Positions 30,123-41,352 of a DNA stretch of 64,000 bases are shown one piece after another. The notes below the pieces were generated by a model. That model was not told the DNA's origin, ran no database searches, and worked only from the letters and a program-made list of their open reading frames with translations. This stretch comes from Terriglobia bacterium (GTDB lineage: Bacteria > Acidobacteriota > Terriglobia > 20CM-2-55-15). The translations under genes were made by a program, and so were the position numbers. The first letter of the stretch is position 1; the number at the start of each line of letters is the position of its first letter. The DNA lies in assembly GCA_963664115.2 (NCBI GenBank), contig CAXWPJ010000002.1, positions 1-64,000 of the forward strand, given 5' to 3'.

Positions 30123-31925
30123 TTATGGAGAGTTGATCTTGAGGACGGCTAGAAAAGCTTCCTGGGGAATGTCCACTTTGCCGACGCGCTTCATTCGTCG
30201 TTTGCCCTCTTTCTGTTTCTCAATTAGCTTGCGTTTCCTCGAGATGTCGCCGCCATAACACTTAGCGACCACATTTTTTCGTATGGCCGGTATCGATTCC
30301 CGAGCGATCACACGGCTTCCAACCGCAGCCTGGATCGCCACTTCGAACATCTGACGGTGAATGAGTTTCTTCATTTTTTCAACCAGGGCCTTGCCCCGCG
30401 GATAAGCAAAGTCGCGATGAATAATCCAGGACAGCGCGTCCACCTGTTCGCCGCCGACCAACATATCGAGTTTGACCAGATCGGCCACACTGTAACCGGA
30501 GAGGTTGTAGTCGAACGACGCGTAGCCTTTGGAGACAGATTTCAGCCGGTCATAGAAATCCAATATGATTTCGTTCAAAGGCAATTCATAGGTGAGAAGG
30601 ACCCGTGAAGAGGAGACGTATTCGAAACCCTTCTGGGTGCCGCGGCGTTCTTCGAGTAGCTTGAGTATCGGCCCCAGATACGCGTCCCCCGTCACTATGA
30701 GAGCCGTGATAATAGGTTCCTCGATGGCCTCGATGTCTCCCGGGTCCGGGAAATGACTCGGGTTGTCAATCTCCACGAGCGCCCCTGTCTTGAGCAGAAT
30801 TCGGTAGCGTACCCCTGGAGCGGTGGTTATCAGCGAGAGCGCGAATTCACGCTCCAGCCGCTCCTGGACGATTTCCATGTGGAGCATGCCGAGGAATCCA
30901 CAACGGAAGCCGAATCCCAGGGCTGTTGATGTTTCGGGTTCATAAAAGAAGGACGAGTCATTCAGTTGGAGTTTATCGAGCGCGTCTCGGAGGCCTTCGT
31001 ACTGGTTCGGTTCGACCGGATACAGTCCCGCAAATACGAGAGGCTTGATTTCCTTGAAGCCCGGAAACGGCGTTTCAGTCGGGCGCTGGTCTTCGGTAAT
31101 CGTGTCGCCGATTTGAGTGTCAGACACCGTCTTGATGTTGGCGATGATGTAGCCGACTTCGCCGGCCTTCAGGCGATCCGTCGACTGCATCTTTGGCGAG
31201 CGGATTCCGATCTCTTCCGCCTGATAGACACTGCCGTTGGCCATCAGACGGATACGCATTCCCTTTTCGATCATTCCGTCGAGCATGCGGACAAGTACGA
31301 TGACGCCCCGGTAGCTGTCGAACCAGGAATCGAATATCAGCGCTTTCAGCGGAGCGTCCGGGTCCCCTTCCGGCGGCGGAACCTGTGACACGATTGCTTC
31401 GAGCACCTCTGCGACGCCATCGCCATGCTTCGCGCTGATGAGCAAGGCGTCCCCCTTCCTGACACCGACCATAGACTGCATCTGTTCCTGAACGCGTTCG
31501 ACCTCGGCGCCAGGCAGGTCGATCTTATTCAGGATCGGAATGATCTCGAGATCGTTGTCCAGAGCAAGATAGGTGTTGGCCAGCGTCTGCGCCTCAACGC
31601 CCTGCGATGCATCCACAACCAGCAGAGCACCCTCGCAAGCGGCAAGGCTTCGGGATACTTCATAGCTGAAATCGACGTGCCCCGGCGTATCAATGAGGTT
31701 CAAAATATACTCGGACCCATTGAGGGCCTTGTAGTTGAGCCGCACAGTTGCGGCCTTGATAGTGATTCCGCGTTCTTTTTCCAGGTCCATTACATCGAGA
31801 ACTTGCTGAGACATCTCACGTTTTGTCAACGCGCCGGTCATTTCCAGCAAGCGGTCGGCTAGCGTGGATTTGCCGTGATCGATGTGGGCAATGATGGAAA
31901 AGTTTCGGATGTGCTCCAACCGCAT
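30123..31925 (-). CDS. lepA: Elongation factor 4
   Basis: [42 protein letters not shown]. Confidence 0.98.
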   Translation of the reverse strand: MRLEHIRNFSIIAHIDHGKSTLADRLLEMTGALTKREMSQQVLDVMDLEKERGITIKAATVRLNYKALNGSEYILNLIDTPGHVDFSYEVSRSLAACEGALLVVDASQGVEAQTLANTYLALDNDLEIIPILNKIDLPGAEVERVQEQMQSMVGVRKGDALLISAKHGDGVAEVLEAIVSQVPPPEGDPDAPLKALIFDSWFDSYRGVIVLVRMLDGMIEKGMRIRLMANGSVYQAEEIGIRSPKMQSTDRLKAGEVGYIIANIKTVSDTQIGDTITEDQRPTETPFPGFKEIKPLVFAGLYPVEPNQYEGLRDALDKLQLNDSSFFYEPETSTALGFGFRCGFLGMLHMEIVQERLEREFALSLITTAPGVRYRILLKTGALVEIDNPSHFPDPGDIEAIEEPIITALIVTGDAYLGPILKLLEERRGTQKGFEYVSSSRVLLTYELPLNEIILDFYDRLKSVSKGYASFDYNLSGYSVADLVKLDMLVGGEQVDALSWIIHRDFAYPRGKALVEKMKKLIHRQMFEVAIQAAVGSRVIARESIPAIRKNVVAKCYGGDISRKRKLIEKQKEGKRRMKRVGKVDIPQEAFLAVLKINSP

Positions 31926-32052
31926 GGACTTCGATTGTAGCCCAAACGGATGAGTGGCCGCTTGCTGGGTAGGGGCCAGATCTTCTCGAAGGTGCTCGAG
32001 AAGACCCAATCAAGATTTGCACTCATAGAGCGCAGCTACAGCAAAGAAGAAT

Positions 32053-32979
32053 TCAGGACGGGTTCATGGAAAGGAGTGCGGCTCCGATGATGCCAGCGTC
32101 GTTTCCGAGTTTGGCAATGGTGATGCGGCAGTCCGCATAGGCCTGTGTGTAAGCGCGTTCCCCGGCTTCGACTCTCGCGGATTTTAGCAGGAGCTCTCCA
32201 GCGGCGGACAGTCCTCCAGCAATCACGATCACTTCCAGATTGAGCAGGTTGATGAGGTTGGCACACGCGATTCCAAGATAGCGTCCGGCTTCGGAAAAGA
32301 CGTCGATGGAGAGCGGATCTCCTTCGAGCGCTGCGTCATGGATGGCTTTTGCTGTTAGCGGGTTCCCCGTGCCATGGAGTGCGGACGATGGTTGGGTGTC
32401 CATCTTTCTTCGCGCCAGGGCGACGACTCCTGTGGCCGATGCGATAGTTTCCAGACAGCCGCGCCCACCACAAACGCAGGGAAGGCCTTCCGGGTCGACG
32501 ATCATATGGCCTGCCTCGGCCGCATACCCGCTATGCCCGGAATAGGGGCGCCCGTCCAATATCAGCCCCGAGCCGACACCTGTTCCGAGAGTCAGGCACG
32601 CCAGGTCCGTAGTTCCCACGCCGGCACCGAAGTTGAATTCTCCCCAGGCGCTCATGTCAGCGTCGTTCCCCCCGACTACGGGCAGAGAGGTTCTTTCCGA
32701 CAACCGTGACTCAAGGTTCACTCCGTTGAGGCATGCCAGGTTCGGGGAGAACTCGATGACGCCCGTAAGTTTTGAACGGAGCCCGGGAATACCCAGTCCC
32801 ACTCCATGGGCTTGTGCCCCTCGCGCAAGCTCTTCGACAAGCGATCCAAGCATGTCGAGAAGCGCCTCGGCGCTTCGAGTGACTGTGGCTCGATCCACGA
32901 CTTTGAGAATTTTGCCGCTGTCATCGACCAGTCCGGCTTTGGTCGTCGTTCCACCGATATCAATACCAATCCCTTGCAT
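32053..32979 (-). CDS. ROK family sugar kinase (glucokinase)
   Basis: GIDIGGT, LTLGTGVG, EAGH, CVCGGRGCLE. Confidence 0.92.
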   Translation of the reverse strand: MQGIGIDIGGTTTKAGLVDDSGKILKVVDRATVTRSAEALLDMLGSLVEELARGAQAHGVGLGIPGLRSKLTGVIEFSPNLACLNGVNLESRLSERTSLPVVGGNDADMSAWGEFNFGAGVGTTDLACLTLGTGVGSGLILDGRPYSGHSGYAAEAGHMIVDPEGLPCVCGGRGCLETIASATGVVALARRKMDTQPSSALHGTGNPLTAKAIHDAALEGDPLSIDVFSEAGRYLGIACANLINLLNLEVIVIAGGLSAAGELLLKSARVEAGERAYTQAYADCRITIAKLGNDAGIIGAALLSMNPS

Positions 32980-33012
32980 CGCGCTTCCATACTACGGGAA
33001 ATCTGAATAATT

Positions 33013-33089
33013 GGGGTCAGAGCCCCTATTTCCGAATTACCACTCGAATCCGATGCTCGCTTTAAATAGGAAATAGGGGCTCTGACCCC
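33013..33089. repeat. REP-like 21-bp perfect inverted repeat
   Basis: GGGGTCAGAGCCCCTATTTCC (33013-33033) and its reverse complement (33069-33089) between divergent genes. Confidence 0.8.
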
Positions 33090-33139
33090 TAATTCCCGAT
33101 TTGTGGCGTACTATCAGACAGTAAGAGGAGGAAAGTCGG

Positions 33140-33586
33140 ATGGGTATCAAGCAAATAGGTGTCGAGGAGGCGCGGAAGGTTATGGAGGCCTCGGGCGAAG
33201 TCGTGTATGTTGACGTTCGAACGCCCCAGGAATTTGAAGAGGGGCACCCGCCCGGCGCTATCAATATTCCGGTGGTGTTCCCCAATCCTGAGTTGGGACA
33301 GATGGAGCCGAATCCGGAGTTCATGAGAGTTGTGGAAGCGCACGTCGGGAAGGATACGCCGGTGGTCGTCGGTTGCAAGATGGGTGGGCGCTCGCAAATG
33401 GCGGCCGATTTGATGAACGGTGCCGGATATGTGGATATTTCCAACATGCAGGGTGGTTTCGGTGGAGCGCGGGATCGCATGAGCGGGGAGATCACAGCGC
33501 CCGGCTGGATACAGATGGAGTTCCCCGTGGAGACGGAAGTGAACGCACAAAACGGCTACGAGGAGCTCAAGAACAGCGCTCTCTAA
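33140..33586 (+). CDS. Rhodanese-like domain protein
   Basis: VDVRTPQEFEEGHPPGA, GCKMGGRS, MQGGF. Confidence 0.92.
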   Translation: MGIKQIGVEEARKVMEASGEVVYVDVRTPQEFEEGHPPGAINIPVVFPNPELGQMEPNPEFMRVVEAHVGKDTPVVVGCKMGGRSQMAADLMNGAGYVDISNMQGGFGGARDRMSGEITAPGWIQMEFPVETEVNAQNGYEELKNSAL

Positions 33587-33591
33587 CAGGT

Positions 33592-34797
33592 TTACAACAA
33601 CATGCCTGCGATCGACGCCGTCATGAATGTTGCCATCGTTCCTCCCAACAACGAGCGCAGGCCGAGGCGGGCCAGATCGTCGCGCCTGTCTGGAGCGATT
33701 CCTCCGATCCCGCCGATCATGATGCCGATCGAGCCCAGGTTCGCGAATCCAGCGAGGGCGTAGGTGACGATAACGACTGATCGCGGATCGAGCGCGCCCG
33801 GGGATTCCATGAGCTGCATCAAACTACTGTAGGCGACGAACTCGTTTAAAACTACTTTCTGGCCAAGCAGGCTGCCGACCGTCAGGACATCGTTCCACGG
33901 TACGCCCAGCGTGAACGCAACGGGTGCGAACAGCACCCCGAGAATCTGCTGGAGAGTGATGCCGACGATCCCGAGGATTCCGTTGGCCAGCGCGATAAGC
34001 GCGACGAAAGCGATCAACATGGCCCCCACGTTGAGGGCCAGCCGCAGTCCGTCGGAGGTGCCGCGTGCGATAGCGTCAATAAAATTGACGTTTTCACGGC
34101 CCATTTTGATCTCAACGCGACCGCGGGTCTCAGGGACTTCTGTTTCCGGGTTCAGCAGCTTTGCGATGACCAGTCCGGCCGGTGCCGCCATGACGCTTGC
34201 GGTCAGCAGGTGCCCCGCGTCGACGCCCATCCGCACATATCCGGCCATGACGCTTCCTGCGATCGTGGCCATGCCTCCAGTCATCAGGGCCATCATTTCC
34301 GACTGCGTCATCTTGGGGACAAATGGTTTGATGACCAGCGGCGCCTCGGTCATGCCCATAAATACGTTTGCTGCGGCTGCCAGCGACTCCGCTCCACTGG
34401 TCCGCATTGTCTTTTCCATCACCTTCGCAAAAATGAAGACCACGCGCTGCATGATGCCGAAGTGATACAGGAGAGAAAATAGTGCTGCCGTGAATATTAT
34501 GATCGGTAGAACCTGGAAAGCGATGATCACACCGAAGGCCTCGGTGTCCGAGGCCAGCGGACCGAACATGAAGACAGAACCCGCGTCGGCGAAGCCGAGC
34601 ATCGTTGTTACCCCCCGGCTGATCGAGTCAAACACGATCGCGCCGGGGCTCGTTTTCAAGATGAACAGAGCAAAGCTCAATTGCAGCGCCAGGCCCCATC
34701 CTACGATACGGAAATCGATCGCCTTCCTGTTGGTGGATAGACCGTATGCGGTCCCCAGCATGAGAAGCAGCCCGCCGGCACTGATGATGTTTGTCAT
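33592..34797 (-). CDS. nupC: NupC/CNT family nucleoside transporter
   Basis: [35 protein letters not shown]. Confidence 0.93.
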   Translation of the reverse strand: MTNIISAGGLLLMLGTAYGLSTNRKAIDFRIVGWGLALQLSFALFILKTSPGAIVFDSISRGVTTMLGFADAGSVFMFGPLASDTEAFGVIIAFQVLPIIIFTAALFSLLYHFGIMQRVVFIFAKVMEKTMRTSGAESLAAAANVFMGMTEAPLVIKPFVPKMTQSEMMALMTGGMATIAGSVMAGYVRMGVDAGHLLTASVMAAPAGLVIAKLLNPETEVPETRGRVEIKMGRENVNFIDAIARGTSDGLRLALNVGAMLIAFVALIALANGILGIVGITLQQILGVLFAPVAFTLGVPWNDVLTVGSLLGQKVVLNEFVAYSSLMQLMESPGALDPRSVVIVTYALAGFANLGSIGIMIGGIGGIAPDRRDDLARLGLRSLLGGTMATFMTASIAGMLL

Positions 34798-34868
34798 GGT
34801 TCCCTCGCTTGGGGTTTCGAAGCTCGAAAATTATCCGTGGAATATCCCGGGCAGTATAATCGAAAGCT

Positions 34869-35405
34869 ATGGGACCGAGCGTCGGCGGTGTCCTGTTCCA
34901 TGTAGTTAAAGGCGACATAGCCCGGATGGAGACGGACGCGGTCGTGAATGCAGCCAATAATCATTTCTGGATGGGTGGGGGTGTGGCTGGAGCGATCAAG
35001 CACACCGGTGGAGCGAGTATCGAAATCGACGCGATCCGTCAGGGTCCCGTTCCCGTCGGACAGTCTGTGGTAACCAACGGCGGACGCCTCGGTGCCCGTC
35101 ACGTGATTCATGCGGCTGTCATGGGGCAGGATCTGCAGACAAGTGCCAGCGCGATCCACGACGCGACCCGGAGCGCTTTAGAGTGTGTTCATGCCTTAGG
35201 CATAGAGAGCGTCGCCTTCCCGGCGTTCGGGACGGGTGTCGGCGGTTATCCGCCGGCCGATTCGGCACGCGTCATGGTCGATGCGGTGCTCGGCTTTGTT
35301 CGAGGACGAGACGATCTCGAGCTCAGGGAGATTACTTTCGTTCTGTTTTCAGATGAATTGACAGGAGTTTTCAGAGAGACTCTTGTGAGCGCTATAGCGA
35401 TTTAG
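34869..35405 (+). CDS. Macro domain protein (YmdB-like ADP-ribose hydrolase)
   Basis: GDI, VNAAN, GGGVAGAI, PAFGTGVGG. Confidence 0.92.
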   Translation: MGPSVGGVLFHVVKGDIARMETDAVVNAANNHFWMGGGVAGAIKHTGGASIEIDAIRQGPVPVGQSVVTNGGRLGARHVIHAAVMGQDLQTSASAIHDATRSALECVHALGIESVAFPAFGTGVGGYPPADSARVMVDAVLGFVRGRDDLELREITFVLFSDELTGVFRETLVSAIAI

Positions 35406-35428
35406 GGCATCAAACGGGGAGTCGAAGC

Positions 35429-35785
35429 ATGTTTTGTCCGACCTGTGGATCTGAATACCTTGAGGGAATCACTGAATGTGCGGACTGCGGTGTTGGCTTG
35501 GTGGCCGAGCTACCGAAGTTTGACGATAACGACGAAGCTCTGAAGATCCTCCGGGTTACGGGACCTACCGAGGCTCCGATGATTAAGGAATTGCTCGAGA
35601 ACAACGGAATTGATTCGATTTTGCAAGGCCAGGCTGCCGCGGCGACGATCCCTGCAGCCGGTGATCTCAACGAAGTCCGTATCTGGGTGGCGGCCTCCGT
35701 CCTGACCCGTGCACACGAATTGATCGAGGCATTTTTTGACGACGACAGCGCGGAACTCGAGGAGAATGCCGGACCCATCGAATAG
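35429..35785 (+). CDS. Zinc-ribbon plus DUF2007-like protein
   Basis: MFCPTCGSEY..ECADC; ELLENNGI..VRIWV. Confidence 0.75.
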   Translation: MFCPTCGSEYLEGITECADCGVGLVAELPKFDDNDEALKILRVTGPTEAPMIKELLENNGIDSILQGQAAAATIPAAGDLNEVRIWVAASVLTRAHELIEAFFDDDSAELEENAGPIE

Positions 35786-35826
35786 TCGGTATTGTTCGAG
35801 ACCCACCGAGTATAGGAATATAAGGT

Positions 35827-35961
35827 ATGGATAATTTTACGCTCGCCGTAGTCATAGGAATCGCAGCAATACTTTGCACGCTATTGGGCCTCGTGATCGC
35901 AGACAAGGGCGCACCCGACCCGGTCCAGGATCCCAAGTCTCGAAAGAAGAAGTCGCCATAA
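35827..35961 (+). CDS. Small single-pass membrane protein (44 aa)
   Basis: MDNFTLAVVIGIAAILCTLLGLVIADKGAPDPVQDPKSRKKKSP*; below the ORF track cutoff. Confidence 0.6.
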   Translation: MDNFTLAVVIGIAAILCTLLGLVIADKGAPDPVQDPKSRKKKSP

Positions 35962-36273
35962 AGTTGGGTTGTGCCCTGTTGGGGTTTCCGCCGTCGTTTC
36001 ATCTCATGGAGGAGGATCGGACATCGCTGGAGCGGCCCTGTCCCGGTCCTTAGGGGTACGCCGGAGTAGTCGCCTAGCGTCACCGGTCATGGAGTCCCTC
36101 CCGCGGCGCGTTTCTTGTGCAGATTCTTGCCCTCCCGCGGAGTTCACAAGCAAACAGTGAACTTTCCCTCACAACGGACGCCCGGATTGTCGACCTATTG
36201 CTGAAAAATGGTTTACAGTGTCACCGAGCACTGATCGTAATATCGATGGAAATTCCCCGACGGAGGTTTTGAC

Positions 36274-37359
36274 ATGAGGAATGCCCTGAACCCACGAAGA
36301 ACTCTGTTGGCCTGCCTGGCTGTGTTTCTGTTCGGGGCCTCTCTCTCAGCCCAGAGCGACTCCGTGGTCCGGATTATCCAGACCAATTCTGCAGGCACGA
36401 ACGCCCACCTCATCGACCCGGCGACTCACGAGGTCGTGGCTGTAATTGACGGTATTCCGCAGGCACATGCGGCGGTCAATCATCCTGAGGGCTACTACTA
36501 CTACTTCGCGAACGAGCTGGACCATACAATCGATGTGGTGGATACCAAGACGCTCAGACAGGTCATGCACATCCCTCTCAGGGCCAGGCCCAACAAGCTG
36601 GTGATCAACGAAGCGTTGGGGAAAATGTATGTTGGAATTCGCGACGCGCCGTTTGTCGAGGTCATCGACCTGGACTCCCACGAGGTCGTCAAAAGCATCC
36701 CCATGGTCCGGGGCGTGCACAACGTTTACGTGACGGCTGACTATCGATATATCATCGCCGGCCTGGGTGCAACCCCGGCCACCCCCGATGAGCACACGAT
36801 CCAGGTGATCGATGCCAATACCGACGAGGTGGTGTGGGGTGTAGCACTCGATGGCAATCGCGTGCGCCCCATGGCGATCGAAAACAACCCGGACGGCTCC
36901 CCAAAGCGCGTGTTCGCTCAAGGGACCCGGCTTCACGGGTTCTACGTCCTGGATTGGGATGAGCGAAGAGTCGTCGACTTCATCAGTCCGCCTCCCATAC
37001 CACTGTCGAGGAAGAACTTTGATGGCATCCAGGAGGGTACCGGCCATGGCTTACTGGTGCTCCCCGACCAGTCGGCTCTCTGGTATGCCAGCAGACTCGA
37101 CAGCAGCATCTATGGATGGTCTCTACCCGATCTCGAATTTCTCGGGGGCCTGGAAGTCGGACCTTCCCCGCAGTGGCTCACGGCGACACCGGACAGCCGA
37201 TTCTTATATGTCAGCATTGTCGGCAGCATGGAGACGCTGGCAGTAGACCTGGAGACTCAGGAGATCGTCGCACGGATTCCGGTCGGTCACGCGCCCAAGC
37301 GGAACTCGACCCACGTGATCCCGGCAGACCGGGCAGAAATCCTGGGGGTGACACCATGA
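36274..37359 (+). CDS. Secreted YVTN/YncE-type beta-propeller protein
   Basis: GGAGG RBS, signal peptide, repeated blades (IPVGHAPK, VGPSPQW, TPDSRFLYV). Confidence 0.85.
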   Translation: MRNALNPRRTLLACLAVFLFGASLSAQSDSVVRIIQTNSAGTNAHLIDPATHEVVAVIDGIPQAHAAVNHPEGYYYYFANELDHTIDVVDTKTLRQVMHIPLRARPNKLVINEALGKMYVGIRDAPFVEVIDLDSHEVVKSIPMVRGVHNVYVTADYRYIIAGLGATPATPDEHTIQVIDANTDEVVWGVALDGNRVRPMAIENNPDGSPKRVFAQGTRLHGFYVLDWDERRVVDFISPPPIPLSRKNFDGIQEGTGHGLLVLPDQSALWYASRLDSSIYGWSLPDLEFLGGLEVGPSPQWLTATPDSRFLYVSIVGSMETLAVDLETQEIVARIPVGHAPKRNSTHVIPADRAEILGVTP

Positions 37360-38285
37360 CCCGGCCGGCTCTAACAATTCGGTTTCGAATGGTGCTGGGA
37401 GTGATGGCCGGTGCCGCCATGCTCACCGCTTTCGACCTTTCTTTCGACCTTGCAGGCAGCTTACGGGCGGCACCGGGCCCCGCGGTGCCGCAGGAAAGGC
37501 CCGCTGACACCCAGGGGACGCTTGACTTCGAGTTCTACAGAGACAACGTGGAGCCGATATTCGTGAAGTCCCGCGGCGACTTCCTGCCTCCCGAGCCCGG
37601 TGACCCTTCATGCGTCATGTGTCACACCTGGCAGACCAACACGCCGCTCAAGCTTGCCCCGCTCGAGGAAGACGGCAATGGCGGAGTCTTTTGGACTGAA
37701 GCACAGTCTCGCAGCAACTTCGAGGTCGTCTCACGTCTGGTGGTGCCTGGTGATCCGGAAAACAGCCGGTTCCTGCGGAAGCCGCTCAGGGCAGGGGCAG
37801 GAGGCACGGTGTCCCACACGGGTGGCAAGTTCTGGACTTCCCAGGACGATCCGGAGTGGCAGGTCGTCGCAGATTGGGTGCGCGCCGGGGCCCGATCGCC
37901 CGACCCGAGCCCGGCCGCCCCGGATGTGGATTTTGAGTTTTTCCGGGCCTGCGTGCAGCCGATTTTCCAGGAACCGCTTTCCGACGGTCTGGCGTGTATC
38001 ACCTGTCATTCCTCGGGTGCGGCGGCCTTCGTCGGGCCCGTCCCCGAAGGACGCAGGTTTTGGAACGAGGAGGAGTCGCGCAGCAATTTTCGGGGTGTGA
38101 TGCGCTTGGTCGCGCCGGGAAACCCGACCCAGAGCCGGCTCTTGATGCATCCGCTTCATCCGGACGGAGGCGGCGATTACGCGCACAACGGCGTTCGGCG
38201 ATGGAGGACTCAAGACGATCCTGAGTGGCAGATGTTGGCGGCATGGGTGCGCGGAGAACGAAGCGGTAACAGCTGTCAGCGGTGA
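37356..38285 (+). CDS. Periplasmic diheme c-type cytochrome made of two tandem domains
   Basis: ATGA overlap with upstream gene; CVMCH and CITCH; duplicated DFEF..VxPIF and SRxLxxPL..HxG..W.xQDDPEWQ. Confidence 0.85.
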   Translation: MTRPALTIRFRMVLGVMAGAAMLTAFDLSFDLAGSLRAAPGPAVPQERPADTQGTLDFEFYRDNVEPIFVKSRGDFLPPEPGDPSCVMCHTWQTNTPLKLAPLEEDGNGGVFWTEAQSRSNFEVVSRLVVPGDPENSRFLRKPLRAGAGGTVSHTGGKFWTSQDDPEWQVVADWVRAGARSPDPSPAAPDVDFEFFRACVQPIFQEPLSDGLACITCHSSGAAAFVGPVPEGRRFWNEEESRSNFRGVMRLVAPGNPTQSRLLMHPLHPDGGGDYAHNGVRRWRTQDDPEWQMLAAWVRGERSGNSCQR

Positions 38286-38507
38286 GCTCAGATCGAGGTC
38301 CCGGCACCGAAAGTCCGAGCGGGCGACGTCAACCCTCCCGCGCGCTGTGAACGCCACGCATGATGGCTCCGAGCCTTGTCTACCCAACCGCGATCCGCAC
38401 CACGACCATCGTCTTTGCCGGCCCCACATCGGAACTGGAACTTAATCCAATGAGAGTCGATCCAGTCTCGACCCTTGGCTTTAGACTGCCTCCAGGAAGG
38501 GAGTTCC

Positions 38508-38585
38508 GTGTTGCAAACGCCGGCTAAAGTGAACATATCCGATCTCATCGACGAGAACCGGATCGGCGGTTTTCAGATCGAGTAG
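38508..38585 (+). pseudogene. N-terminal stub of an aromatic-acid MFS transporter
   Basis: GGGAG RBS, VLQTPAKVNISDLIDENRIGGFQIE*; resembles the AAHS MFS N-terminus. Confidence 0.45.
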
Positions 38586-38622
38586 GTGTCAACGTGGGTG
38601 TGCAATCGTCCCCGCGCCTGGG

Positions 38623-40254
38623 TTATTGGATGATTTGCAGAAAATCCTCCCAATCGAGTGGCTGACCGTGGATGGGCACTATAGTATCGACGTCGAGTCC
38701 GAGGCGCTCGACCTGGGCGTAGAGCGCTCGGTTGGCTGGGGTGGCCGTGGTCGGGAGCGGCTCGTAGTTGTCCAGCAGATCGGCTTCGATGATGAGTTTT
38801 TCATCGGGCAAATAGGCCATCAGCATGCCTTCCACATGCTCGAGCGGTTGAACATAGTAAATGTGCATGTTCCGACTGCCGTCGCTTAGCACGTAGTTTT
38901 CCGTTACACGTTCGTATTGGTAACCCTCCGCAAGTTCGGTTGGTGGCCAGAGCGAGAGCATGTCGGGTGCGAGCGTCCGCTGATCGTAATTTAAGACGTC
39001 ACCGGTATAGAAATCGAAGTTCTTCCAGTGTGTGATGATCGTTGCCCCGATGTGCATATAGGTCCGCAGTCCGCCCATGTGGTCGTGGTGCTGGTGCGTG
39101 TTGACGAGATAGCGAATCGGCCGGTCTGGAACAAGGTTCACGATTTCTTCAATGACGGCAAGATTTCGCTTTTCATCGAGCGGTGCCTCGACGACAGCCA
39201 CAAAATCGTCGAATCGAATAGCGACGCTGTTGTGGGAGGCGCCTCCTAACAGGTACACGCCGTCGGCAAGTTCGGTTGTTTCAACGTCGACCGGGAATGT
39301 CGCCTGTTGCACGGATTCGGGAACGCTTACCGGATCGGCACATACATTGGGCCGGATGTCGTTCAATTCGCCGCCGAAAGCGTTATGGCCCGCAGTCACG
39401 CTCTGCGCTCCGAAGTTGTCGTCCCATCCTTCGTGATGGTGCCACCCGGTGGGAAAGCGGACGCCGTCGCCGACGTCGATATAGCTCGCATTGGTGAATT
39501 CGTGTTCATAGTTCATGTCCCCGAGGACGGGGTCAGGAACCCACGTATGAATCCGCTGCAGCATATTTTCGCTGTTTATCGTGGCGTCCACCCGGTATTT
39601 TCCGAGCACTGTGATCGAGACCACCGTCACCTTCTCGGGCGTGGTCGTCGGCCCGTCGCGGCCCATCTCACCGAGCTCCCAGCGCCACACAGCCTTGGGG
39701 TTGGCGCCGGGCAGGGCGGCCGCCTTGAGAAATCCATGGGGGTTGAGCCACAAGTCCAGTTGCCAGCGCTCTGCATCCTCGGGTGAGGCTGCCACCGGAG
39801 AACTGCCCCGTCCGTCGATGTGCCACGCGTAGTTCCCATTGACCACGAATGTCTGGTGCAGGTTCTGTTGCGTCGGTGTTCCACCCACCCAGCCCAGCCC
39901 GTGTTTCCACGATGCCGGGTTGTGCCCCGGCGTCCGGTCGAACTCTTCCTTCATGGTCCCGGTTTGCCAGTTCATGGTGCGCGTGTAGTTCATCAATGGC
40001 TCGCCGCCCGGCCAGTCGACATTCGTGTCGTGCATACGCTGCTGGCCGACGATGTCCGCTGAAGCCGTCCCGGAAATTGTGACGCATCTGAGTCCATCGG
40101 TCCCGATGGCCATGGCTGCCGCTTCAAGAACGGGTCCGGGATCTACATATCCCGGTTCTAACTCTTCGATAGTCGTCTGCAAGGCAGCCGGGGAGGAGCC
40201 GACCATCGCCACGAGAACCACGGAAACAATAAGAACGCCAACTCTGTCGGTCAT
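38623..40254 (-). CDS. Large secreted MBL-fold metallohydrolase
   Basis: GGAGG RBS; C-terminal NTHQHHDH, EHVEG, EADL, VPIHG. Confidence 0.85.
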   Translation of the reverse strand: MTDRVGVLIVSVVLVAMVGSSPAALQTTIEELEPGYVDPGPVLEAAAMAIGTDGLRCVTISGTASADIVGQQRMHDTNVDWPGGEPLMNYTRTMNWQTGTMKEEFDRTPGHNPASWKHGLGWVGGTPTQQNLHQTFVVNGNYAWHIDGRGSSPVAASPEDAERWQLDLWLNPHGFLKAAALPGANPKAVWRWELGEMGRDGPTTTPEKVTVVSITVLGKYRVDATINSENMLQRIHTWVPDPVLGDMNYEHEFTNASYIDVGDGVRFPTGWHHHEGWDDNFGAQSVTAGHNAFGGELNDIRPNVCADPVSVPESVQQATFPVDVETTELADGVYLLGGASHNSVAIRFDDFVAVVEAPLDEKRNLAVIEEIVNLVPDRPIRYLVNTHQHHDHMGGLRTYMHIGATIITHWKNFDFYTGDVLNYDQRTLAPDMLSLWPPTELAEGYQYERVTENYVLSDGSRNMHIYYVQPLEHVEGMLMAYLPDEKLIIEADLLDNYEPLPTTATPANRALYAQVERLGLDVDTIVPIHGQPLDWEDFLQIIQ

Positions 40255-40270
40255 GCGACCTCCTTCATAT

Positions 40271-41227
40271 CTAACGGTAGGTGATCCCGTCCGGGCCTCG
40301 GCCGACACCGACCTTTCCGGACACTTCCAGCGTGGCGGTGTCGATGACATACACGGCGCTTTCCCCGGCGGATGCCACGTAAGCTTTCGAGCCGTCGTCG
40401 GAGAAGACGATACCCCCGGGGTTATCACCGACCGGAATCATTTTTAGGAGTTCTCGGGATTCGGCGTCATAGACCCAGACATCGTCTGAAGAGGCATTCG
40501 GAATGTAGACCCGCGCCCCGTCCGGACTGAATGCTGCCCTTATCGGCGAATCGCCCGTCGGCATCTGCCCGACGACCTGTCGGCTCTCGGTGTCGACGAC
40601 AGTCACGGTGTTGTCGTTGCGATTTCCGGTCCAGACGTACCTACCGTCCGGCGAGATGGCAATTGCTTCGGCTCCATCGCCCACCCTGATGGCGGCGACC
40701 AGGCTGTAGTCGTTCAAATCCATGACCGAAATCGAATTGGAATCCCGGTTGCTGAAATAGGCCCAACGTCCCGTTACATCGATGACGACCATGTGTGTCC
40801 CTTCTTCAGGCGTATCGATCGATCGCAGTATTTCGTCTGTTTCGGCGTCGATGATGATGATCTTCTGTGTGTTTTCGCTCGTAACCACGGCGATTTCTGC
40901 GTCCGGCGTGAAAGCAATTCCGTGAGGGAATGAAAAGTCAGGGGTCGTGATCGTCTTTGTTTCTCGGCGGGTGGCCAAGTCGACGACGGAAAGGGAATTG
41001 TCCCCGACATTCGCGACGTACGCCTTGTCACCGCCCGGAACGATGGCCAGTTCGTGGGGCTGCGATCCGACGGGGATCGTCGCCACCACCTCCAGCGATG
41101 AGGCGTCGACGATCGACATCGAGGCGGCCTGCTTGTTCAGCACATAGATGCGGTGATCCGATTGCGCCAGGCCACGACCGGCAAACAGAGACAGCACCAA
41201 CGTCAATGTCACGAGGGATTTCTTCAT
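40271..41227 (-). CDS. Secreted YVTN beta-propeller repeat protein
   Basis: Signal peptide; repeated YVAN / IPVG..P blades. Confidence 0.88.
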   Translation of the reverse strand: MKKSLVTLTLVLSLFAGRGLAQSDHRIYVLNKQAASMSIVDASSLEVVATIPVGSQPHELAIVPGGDKAYVANVGDNSLSVVDLATRRETKTITTPDFSFPHGIAFTPDAEIAVVTSENTQKIIIIDAETDEILRSIDTPEEGTHMVVIDVTGRWAYFSNRDSNSISVMDLNDYSLVAAIRVGDGAEAIAISPDGRYVWTGNRNDNTVTVVDTESRQVVGQMPTGDSPIRAAFSPDGARVYIPNASSDDVWVYDAESRELLKMIPVGDNPGGIVFSDDGSKAYVASAGESAVYVIDTATLEVSGKVGVGRGPDGITYR

Positions 41228-41352
41228 GATGTTTTTGCCTTCCAGGAAAAAATTAGATATTTGCGCAAGCATACCCCAGGCCGAGCCGGAACCCTAGCGG
41301 GCCGTGCCGGATGGATGCGACCGAGGGACAGACAATTTGTGAAAAATGCGGG

